The notes under the pieces: model-generated
The model's database searches: none
What the model saw: only the letters and a program-made list of their open reading frames with translations
What the model was told of the DNA's origin: nothing
Source of the DNA: Halogeometricum borinquense DSM 11551
GTDB taxonomy: Archaea > Halobacteriota > Halobacteria > Halobacteriales > Haloferacaceae
Assembly (NCBI RefSeq): GCF_000172995.2
Contig: NC_014735.1
Span: 180,001 to 212,000 of the forward strand
Direction of reading: 5' to 3'
DNA length: 32,000 nt
Shown here: positions 1 through 6,233 of the stretch, piece by piece
Numbering within the stretch: position 1 is the stretch's first letter
How the letters are laid out: each line of letters begins with the position of its first letter
Position numbers and translations under genes: made by a program

Positions 1-1
1 C

Positions 2-2056
2 AACAACATCGCAGTCAACTCGACGCTCGTCCGGTACGCTGACGCCGACGTTCGGGTCTTCGTCCCGAAAAACACGCTGGCCAGTACGCCCACCAACACG
101 GTCGTATTCGTGAAGAACAACGGTACGGCACCGATTCTGAACGCGACGGCCGCGGTTGACTACGGTGATGGCAGTAACACGACGGTCGATCTGGGTCGTA
201 TCAACGCCTCGCAGACCAACACCACGCGAGCGCCTCACACCTACAACAGTGGTGGCGATTACACGGTGACTGCGACGGTTGACGACGCAGTACCGTTCGA
301 CAACAACGAGGCAGCGAAGACGATTGAGGTCAAAGCGTTCGATCTGAACCTCGACGCGGAGGACATCTCGGTCCCGACTGACGCGACGAACGGGACGACG
401 TTCACCGCGACGGCACGGTTCCAGACGAACTACCCGACGACGGTGAATGCGACGCTCGAACTCCCGGACGGCCTCGAACTGGTCGCTTCGGAGAACGCGA
501 GCAAAGATGTCCCAGCATCCGCTACCGGTGGGACCGCTGCGTGGAAGGTCCGAGTCAACACGACTGAGGATGTCTCCGACGCGCAGGTGAACGTCACGAC
601 GAAGGCACACGGCCAAACGTCGTCGGCGAGCACCACTCTGAACCTCTCGGTGCCGAAGATCCGCCTCACGGACACCAACGCGACGACGCTTTCGTCGGGT
701 TCGGACAACGTGACGGTTGATCTGTCCAGTGCGACGACCTACGACCACACGGTGAACGTCACCGTGCAGGCTGGTTCACAGGGACGGACCCTCGCAGGCC
801 TCGAATATCTGTTCACCTACCCGTACGGGTGCGTCGAGCAGACGACGAGCCAGATGATGGGTGCGCTTCGGACGGACCAGTACTACCGCAGTGGCGACAT
901 CCCGAACAACTACAACCGGCAACGGGCGAACGACACTATCGAAATCGGTGTCGAAAAGCTCGGCACGAACCAAGCGTCCTCGCTCATCTGGCCTGATCTC
1001 GCACAGAACGAGGACGGCTCTTGGAGCATGTACGGCGGCGCCTTCTACGACGAGGGCGACCTCTACTACACGACCGCCGCGCTGCAGGGCGTGACGTCGG
1101 TTGCAAACGACGAAGTGCAAGGGACCCGCGCTGAGGTCTCAGACGATATCCAGACGGTCAACGCAAGTCGTTCGATCGAGTGGCTCTCCGACCACCAGCG
1201 CGCTGATGGCTCCGTCCCCGCGACGGATTACTTCCTCCGCGACCAGTTCTCCTCGACGGGGTACACGATGGTCGCGTTCGACCGCGCAGAGCCACACCTC
1301 AACTCGAGTGCTACGCAGACCGCCGAGGACTTCCGCGTCGATGCGGCAGTCTTCCTCATCGAGAACCAGAACAGCGACGGTAGCTGGGCGAGCGACCGAA
1401 GTCAGTCCGACATCAGCCAGAAACCGCAGGCGACTGCACTCGCGCTCCGCGGCCTCGCAACGGTCAACGAGAGCGCTGCACTCCGTCAGCGTGTGAATCA
1501 ACAAACCGATACCGACCTGTCCACTGCCATCGATAACGGTTCGCAGTGGCTGATCGACAACCAGAACGCCGATGGCTCGTGGGACGCCTATCGGAACTCC
1601 TTCTTCTGGAGTTCTAACGGCGAAGTCACGCGGGCGACGGGTCACTCGATCCTTGCACTGAACGAGACGCAGGGCGTGACGACCCAAGGAACCTCGGACG
1701 CAGCCGACTCTGTCGAGGATGCCACCGACTACCTCGTTGGCGTCTACGACAGTGACGGCTCGTTCGGTAACACCCGTGCGACGGGTGTGGCAATCAACGC
1801 GCTGACCACCGCGGACCAGCGCGGTGTCACTCCGCAGACCGTCGATGTGACGGTTGGCGGCGTGACGAAGACCGCATCGGTCGATAGTTCGACGACGACC
1901 GATACGGTCACCTTCTCGACCAGTGAACTTCAGCAGTTCCGCGACGAGGGAACTGGTAAAATCGAGTTAGAGGCACAGAACTCCGACAGCCTCGTCGTCA
2001 TCGGCGTCGAGTCGGTGCAAGTCGTGAACGAAGATGAGCATACGGAGAACAACTGA
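2..2056 (+). CDS. Secreted alpha-2-macroglobulin-type thioester-domain protein, 5' end outside the window (PKD-like, CARDB-like, thioester domain, C-terminal beta-sandwich)
   Basis: The frame of track ORF 110..2056 stays open back to nt 2 (NNIAVNSTLVRYADADVRVFVPKNTLASTPTNTVVFV...), so the GTG at 110 is internal. PKD-like motif DYGDGS...HTYNSGGDYTVTATVDD at ~150-300. Thioester signature LFTYPYGCVEQTTSQMMG resembles the bacterial A2M YPYGC[LG]EQT pattern as I recall it. Alpha/alpha-toroid-type repeats follow: QNEDGSW, NQNSDGSW, NQNADGSW, DSDGSFG. Many N-x-S/T sequons. No C-terminal anchor. Confidence 0.8.
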   Translation, partial: NNIAVNSTLVRYADADVRVFVPKNTLASTPTNTVVFVKNNGTAPILNATAAVDYGDGSNTTVDLGRINASQTNTTRAPHTYNSGGDYTVTATVDDAVPFDNNEAAKTIEVKAFDLNLDAEDISVPTDATNGTTFTATARFQTNYPTTVNATLELPDGLELVASENASKDVPASATGGTAAWKVRVNTTEDVSDAQVNVTTKAHGQTSSASTTLNLSVPKIRLTDTNATTLSSGSDNVTVDLSSATTYDHTVNVTVQAGSQGRTLAGLEYLFTYPYGCVEQTTSQMMGALRTDQYYRSGDIPNNYNRQRANDTIEIGVEKLGTNQASSLIWPDLAQNEDGSWSMYGGAFYDEGDLYYTTAALQGVTSVANDEVQGTRAEVSDDIQTVNASRSIEWLSDHQRADGSVPATDYFLRDQFSSTGYTMVAFDRAEPHLNSSATQTAEDFRVDAAVFLIENQNSDGSWASDRSQSDISQKPQATALALRGLATVNESAALRQRVNQQTDTDLSTAIDNGSQWLIDNQNADGSWDAYRNSFFWSSNGEVTRATGHSILALNETQGVTTQGTSDAADSVEDATDYLVGVYDSDGSFGNTRATGVAINALTTADQRGVTPQTVDVTVGGVTKTASVDSSTTTDTVTFSTSELQQFRDEGTGKIELEAQNSDSLVVIGVESVQVVNEDEHTENN
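830..841 (+). other. Predicted thioester-forming C-V-E-Q codons (Cys 830-832, Gln 839-841)
   Basis: tgc gtc gag cag is in frame with the 110..2056 ORF (residue 241 of the track ORF), inside GLEYLFTYPYGCVEQTTSQMMG. Confidence 0.7.
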
Positions 2057-2066
2057 GGTGATTCAG

Positions 2067-3275
2067 ATGAAGCAGACATTTACCGCAGTGACGGCCGCAC
2101 TCCTCGTGTTGGCACCGATTGCGCTCGCAATCGGTCCCGGAGCCGTAGCTGCGCAGCAAGACCCATATACGGTCGAGGTGGTAGCACCGGACGACTTCAG
2201 CACAAACGGGAATCAGACGCTCACCGTCCGTGTGACGAACAACGCGGACGACGCGTTCCTGAACCCCGTAGTCGAAGTACCGATTAGCAGTCCGCTGTCG
2301 CTTCCCGCGGGCGCGACGGACACCGTCTACGCCGATGGTGACCCGAGCAACACGCGTGAAGCAGCGGTTCAGGACAGTACGTTCCAGACCGGTGACGCAC
2401 TCGTTATCAGTGGTGCCAACATCGACGCTGGCGAGACGCGCACGTATCACTTCAACGTGACCGTCGATACGCCCGGTTCGACGACTGTCTCCGCAGACGT
2501 CCGACCGCTGTACAACACGGACCAGAACGTCCGAGCTAGTACGTCCATGACGGCACTCGGAACGGGTACCGTTTCGGCGAACGTTGTCGATACGGACGGG
2601 AACGCTGTCAGCAACGCCGACGTGTCTATCGACGGCAACGCCGTGGGTAGTAGCGTCTCCGAGACCGTCCTCGAAGGCGAACACACTGTCTCCGTGTCCG
2701 GTCTCGACGGCGATTACCCGTCGTTCACGTTCGACACGGCCGTTGGTGGTGACAACTCCGTGACGTTCGTGAAGCAGGATGAGAAGACGATTCAGCCCAT
2801 CGCTTACACCAGCGACGAGACGAACATCGTCGTCAGCAGTACCTCTCGGACCGAAGGATCGGCTGTCTCACCCGTAAATACGACCGTTTCGTTCACCTTC
2901 TCGAAGGACTCCGGAACGGCCGTCTACGAAGTCCAAGAGCCGTCCGTCGCCACCAAAGGTGACGGGACTGTCAGCACCGACGGTAATCTCGTGTCCGAAT
3001 CGATGGTTGACGGCGACAAACGACTGGAAATCAAGCCGACAGGAGCGACGACGCAAGTGGATCTCGAATACGAAGGATACGAACTCGGAAACGTGAACCG
3101 TGACGACACTGTGGACGCAACGGATGCTTCCGCGGTCTCAGCGGACGTCGCTAAGGGGCAGTCCCCTGAGTACGCCGACGTGAACGACGACGGTCGCGTG
3201 TCCGCAATCGACGCGATGTTCATCGCACAGTACGCCGCCGACAACCGAACGCCGGACTACTCGGGGGTGCAATAA
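2067..3275 (+). CDS. Secreted dockerin-bearing surface protein (Ig/CARDB-like and carboxypeptidase-regulatory-like beta-sandwich domains, C-terminal dockerin)
   Basis: ATG 2067 is preferred over the track start 2034. GAGGTGAT (2055-2062) lies 4-5 nt upstream, and the start is 10 nt after the upstream stop. Sec-type signal MKQTFTAVTAALLVLAPIALAIGPGAVAAQ. Acidic, sequon-rich body. Dockerin repeats at the C-terminus. Confidence 0.8.
   Translation: MKQTFTAVTAALLVLAPIALAIGPGAVAAQQDPYTVEVVAPDDFSTNGNQTLTVRVTNNADDAFLNPVVEVPISSPLSLPAGATDTVYADGDPSNTREAAVQDSTFQTGDALVISGANIDAGETRTYHFNVTVDTPGSTTVSADVRPLYNTDQNVRASTSMTALGTGTVSANVVDTDGNAVSNADVSIDGNAVGSSVSETVLEGEHTVSVSGLDGDYPSFTFDTAVGGDNSVTFVKQDEKTIQPIAYTSDETNIVVSSTSRTEGSAVSPVNTTVSFTFSKDSGTAVYEVQEPSVATKGDGTVSTDGNLVSESMVDGDKRLEIKPTGATTQVDLEYEGYELGNVNRDDTVDATDASAVSADVAKGQSPEYADVNDDGRVSAIDAMFIAQYAADNRTPDYSGVQ
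3087..3245 (+). other. Dockerin module (two EF-hand-like Ca-binding repeats)
   Basis: GNVNRDDTVDATDASAVSADVAKG and ADVNDDGRVSAIDAMFIAQYAADN. The second repeat fits the D-x-N-x-D-G-x-(I/V)-x-x-x-D-x-x-x-(I/L) pattern of type I dockerins. The first has N/N/D/D/D at positions 1, 3, 5, 9 and 12. Confidence 0.7.
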
Positions 3276-3276
3276 G

Positions 3277-4149
3277 ATGCGAACAAGTATGCAAGTACTC
3301 GTCACCGCGATGTGTGCCGTCATGCTCGTCAGTGCTGGGCTGACGGGATTCGCCGGTGCGCAGTCGAGCAAAACCATCTCGGTGAATGCGCAGGACACAA
3401 TCACCGAAGGGAACGCAGACGATAGTGCGACACTGGTCGCACAGAACGTTGAGGACGCCGATGGCGTCGGCGCGTACAAGGTGCACATCACCTACAACGA
3501 CAGCGCCGTCAGTCTCGATGTTTCGGGAACCTCGACGTTCGACGTGAGTACCGACCAGAGCAAGAGCGGAAACACGGTCACCCTGACTGTCGTCGGTTAC
3601 ACCGACAAAACGCAGGGACCGACCGGTCAGGTCACACTCGCAAACGTTGATGTGACCGCTAACAGCCCGAATGACGGAACTGACGTCGATGTGACGGTTG
3701 AGGAATTCTCCGATACGAAGGGTAACCTCCTTCCCCACTCCGGTGGGACAGAAAGCATCGTCATCAGCCGATCTGATGATGATGGCGGAGATGACGGTGA
3801 CGACGGTGACGACGGTGACGACGGTGACGACGGTGACGACGGTGACGACGGTGATGATGGAGATGACGGTGACGACGGTGGCGGTGGCGGCGGTGGCGGC
3901 GGTGGCGGCGGTGACGTGACCCCGACGCCGACGACCTCGACGCCCACGACTTCGACACCGACGACCTCGACACCGACGACTTCGACGCCGACGACGGACA
4001 CGCCGACGACGGATACGCCGACGACCTCGACGCCGCCGACGGACACACCAACCGATACGCCGACGGAAAGTCTGACGCCCGGATTCGGTGTCGTTGCTGC
4101 TATCACGGCGCTTCTCGCCGCGGCGCTCCTCGCGGTTCGCCGCGACTGA
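3277..4149 (+). CDS. Cohesin-domain cell-surface anchor protein with (GDD)9-G12-(TPTTS)n linker and PGF-CTERM sorting signal
   Basis: The ATG is 1 nt after the upstream TAA. Signal peptide MRTSMQVLVTAMCAVMLVSAGLTGFAGAQS. Cohesin-like body. C-terminal PGFGVVAAITALLAAALLAVRRD (nt 4078-4146) is a canonical archaeosortase-A PGF-CTERM tripartite signal. Confidence 0.85.
   Translation: MRTSMQVLVTAMCAVMLVSAGLTGFAGAQSSKTISVNAQDTITEGNADDSATLVAQNVEDADGVGAYKVHITYNDSAVSLDVSGTSTFDVSTDQSKSGNTVTLTVVGYTDKTQGPTGQVTLANVDVTANSPNDGTDVDVTVEEFSDTKGNLLPHSGGTESIVISRSDDDGGDDGDDGDDGDDGDDGDDGDDGDDGDDGDDGGGGGGGGGGGGDVTPTPTTSTPTTSTPTTSTPTTSTPTTDTPTTDTPTTSTPPTDTPTDTPTESLTPGFGVVAAITALLAAALLAVRRD
3367..3768 (+). other. Cohesin-like module
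   Basis: The spacing resembles type I cohesins: ...ATLVAQNVEDADGVGAYKVHITYNDSAVSLDVSG... (compare G(I/V)xxxxFxIxYDxxVL) and ...SGNTVTLTVVGYTDKTQGPTGQVTLANVDVTANSPNDGTDVDVTVEEFSDTKGNLL.... By-eye match only. Confidence 0.6.
3775..3912 (+). repeat. Coding tandem repeats: 9-bp ggtgacgac units (GDD x9), then 12 consecutive Gly codons (3877-3912)
   Basis: Direct reading gives ...gacggtgacgacggtgacgacggtgac... followed by ggt ggc ggt ggc ggc ggt ggc ggc ggt ggc ggc ggt. Confidence 0.95.
3919..4062 (+). repeat. Coding 15-bp tandem repeats encoding (TPTTS/TPTTD)n, a Thr/Pro-rich putative O-glycosylated stalk
   Basis: acgcccacgacttcg / acaccgacgacctcg units. Protein TPTPTTSTPTTSTPTTSTPTTSTPTTDTPTTDTPTTSTPPTDTPTDTPTE. 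Confidence 0.9.
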
Positions 4150-4164
4150 GCAACGCGACCATTC

Positions 4165-4181
4165 GGTTTTCCCACTTTTTC
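4165..4181 (+). terminator. Oligo-T tracts downstream of the cohesin gene (archaeal-type terminator candidate)
   Basis: ggttttcccacttttt begins 16 nt after the TGA at 4147-4149. Confidence 0.4.
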
Positions 4182-4428
4182 GAGTAGCCGATTGCCGTTA
4201 TCCGACCCTCAGTCGAGGGCGGGTCGTTTCCGCGACCGAGTTGCTATCATCTTTGTTACTGTCCCCATATGAGATCACGTACCAATACTCACAGGTACAA
4301 TCTTCAAATGGGTACCCGACGTGTACTTAGTGCGGCTAGGATGTGAGGTACTGTCATGGTCTGATCGCCTACCCAGGCCGTCAACCAGTACCTACACCGT
4401 CCGAAACAGTAGCTCCCTCAATCTGAAT

Positions 4429-4665
4429 ATGCCTGACGAACACTACGAAGCAGGTGAACACGTACCATCGTCGCTCACAGCGCATACGGCACCGGACGAC
4501 CTTCGTTTCACGACGGCAGTCGATGTCTATGCCGGATATGGCAGTCAATGGCACGTCTATCCGGTAGAAGCCGTCGAGTCTCGAAGCGAGATCCTCACAG
4601 AACCTCCGGAACACCTCGATACAGACGTATCGTTGTACACACTTCCGTACGAACAACTCCGATAA
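4429..4665 (+). CDS. Small acidic hypothetical protein (78 aa)
   Basis: Internal ATG of track ORF 4321..4665. The product MPDEHYEAGEHVPSSL... is acidic, as is typical of haloarchaea. A TTTTT run (4670-4674) follows the TAA. No recognisable domain. Confidence 0.35.
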   Translation: MPDEHYEAGEHVPSSLTAHTAPDDLRFTTAVDVYAGYGSQWHVYPVEAVESRSEILTEPPEHLDTDVSLYTLPYEQLR

Positions 4666-4815
4666 TCGCTTTTTGTCGCTCCATGCAGTCGTTCGGGGGG
4701 TCGTTAGTTTGTGTCTCGTTCCGACGAGGACGCTGCTACGTGTGTACTATCCGCCGTGATATCGCATCGAACGAAAAAGCGCGGGATGGTTCTATCCGGT
4801 CCGCTATTCCTAGCG

Positions 4816-5925
4816 TCAGTTCGTGGCACGACGCGCCAGGAGCGTCAGCGAAACGAACAGGATGAGGAGGCTGATGTCCGGGAGGACCGGTGTCTCCGTG
4901 GTTGTCGTCTGTACAGCCGTAGACGGTGCTGTTGACGATGCCGTTTGGGTCGGCATCGTCGTCGCCGTCGTGTTTTGAGGTGGTTCGGTGGAAGTGGTGT
5001 CCGTCACCTGTTCGGTCGTCGAATCAGCAGGCGACGAAGTGGTGGCGTCTGTATCTTCGTCCGCAGAGTCTCCACCTGCGGGCTGTTGTCCGTTCGGAGC
5101 CGACTCACTCGTTGTCGGTGTCGTCGTTGGTGTCGTCGTCGGTGTTGCCGTCGGAGATTCCGTCTCAGTTGGTGATTGCGGTTCCGTCGTACTCGGTGTC
5201 GACGGCTGTTCGGCCACGACGGAGAGCTGCTGTGAATCGCTCAGACCGATGAGTTCCTTCTCTCCGAATACTTCGTTGTCGCGCCGAACCGTGCTGTAGA
5301 CTCGATAGTCCCCGGTCGAGAGCGAACTGAGGTCAACAGTGGCAGTGTAAGTTAGGTCGGACTGTTTCGTCGCAGTCGTACGAACTGAGTCCGTATCGTC
5401 TCCGACGACAACTTCGACAGTTGCCGGCGGTGGCGATACGTCGTTGCTCACCTTCGTCAACTCGACGCTTACCTCCATCTGGCCGTCGCTCTCAGCACTC
5501 TCTGGCGCATGCTGGTCAACCGTGTATCCGGCAACCACGAGCGGTTGGACGGCGTATACCTCCTCGCTTCCATTCATTATTGCGACTGCGTACGTCCCCG
5601 GGTCGTATCGGTCGAGTTCGAACCTCGACTCGTCGTCGCCCACCCCGGGATTGCTGTGCATGAGTTCCTGTTCGCTGTTTATTATCCGAACTGTGTACTC
5701 CTTGTCTGACGGAGCGTTGGTCGTAACCGAGACGTAGTCACCAGTTTGGTATTTTCCGATGTCTGTGACTGTCTGTTCGCCCCACTTTGTTTCGATTGTT
5801 CGGTCGGGAATATCGACAGATTCCTCGGTACTGATACGATAATCCGCCGTTTGCCCGATTGAGACGGGAACCGTCAACAGGCAAACTGCGAGGAAAACGC
5901 CTAGACAGACTCGAGTCGAGGCCAT
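4816..5925 (-). CDS. Secreted surface protein with beta-sandwich body, Thr/Pro-rich stalk and a non-PGF C-terminal TM anchor
   Basis: Signal peptide MASTRVCLGVFLAVCLLTVPVSIGQ. Stalk ...PSTPSTTEPQSPTETESPTATPTTTPTTTPTTS.... C-terminus TETPVLPDISLLILFVSLTLLARRATN (hydrophobic helix plus basic tail). Oligo-T on the coding strand at ~4771-4777. Confidence 0.75.
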   Translation of the reverse strand: MASTRVCLGVFLAVCLLTVPVSIGQTADYRISTEESVDIPDRTIETKWGEQTVTDIGKYQTGDYVSVTTNAPSDKEYTVRIINSEQELMHSNPGVGDDESRFELDRYDPGTYAVAIMNGSEEVYAVQPLVVAGYTVDQHAPESAESDGQMEVSVELTKVSNDVSPPPATVEVVVGDDTDSVRTTATKQSDLTYTATVDLSSLSTGDYRVYSTVRRDNEVFGEKELIGLSDSQQLSVVAEQPSTPSTTEPQSPTETESPTATPTTTPTTTPTTSESAPNGQQPAGGDSADEDTDATTSSPADSTTEQVTDTTSTEPPQNTTATTMPTQTASSTAPSTAVQTTTTETPVLPDISLLILFVSLTLLARRATN

Positions 5926-6029
5926 GTGCTATACGACCATTTCCGCAGTGAGGATAAGTGTGTTTCTTCGTCCGCGTACGCACGCCCATTCGCCCGCCCG
6001 CCCCGAAGCTCACTCTCGCAACCCAATGA

Positions 6030-6233
6030 TGAAAACTAACCGGTAATTACAACTAGTTAATCAGTACCATCCACTGACATCTTCACAAAGTACTTAACTG
6101 ATCCGTCATTTGTCTCATCTACCCCTACCCGAGACGACACGCTGGCGAGTAAGCTGTGTCCCCAGCCCTTCAGGATATTGGGACGTCAACAAACGGCCAA
6201 AGCCTGTGTCGTCGTACCAACGATAGACAAACC
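6030..6233 (+). promoter_or_regulatory. AT-richer upstream region of the S-layer gene (promoter and probable long 5' leader)
   Basis: The locally AT-rich stretch aaaactaaccggtaattacaactagttaatcag contains the perfect palindrome AACTAGTT (6051-6058). No TATA box could be pinned down. The 308-nt divergent intergenic region is shared with the 4816..5925 gene. Confidence 0.3.

Noticed and set aside
3775-4062. Possible CRISPR-like or non-coding tandem array
   Set aside because: The units are 9 and 15 bp, contiguous without spacers, and in frame within a CDS. This is not a repeat-spacer architecture.
3627-4175. Antisense and off-frame ORFs over the repeat stalk (3627..4175 minus, 3698..3919 plus, 3764..4051 minus), giving poly-P, (VTT)n and (HRR)n peptides
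   Set aside because: These are alternative readings of the 9-bp and 15-bp tandem repeats. The in-frame reading continues from a cohesin domain into a PGF-CTERM signal.
4088-4428. Track ORFs 4088..4330 and the 5' part of 4321..4665
   Set aside because: They overlap the PGF-CTERM gene end and terminator, or lie in lower-GC non-coding-looking DNA. Their products are basic and low-complexity. Only the acidic 3' part from ATG 4429 is retained, at low confidence.
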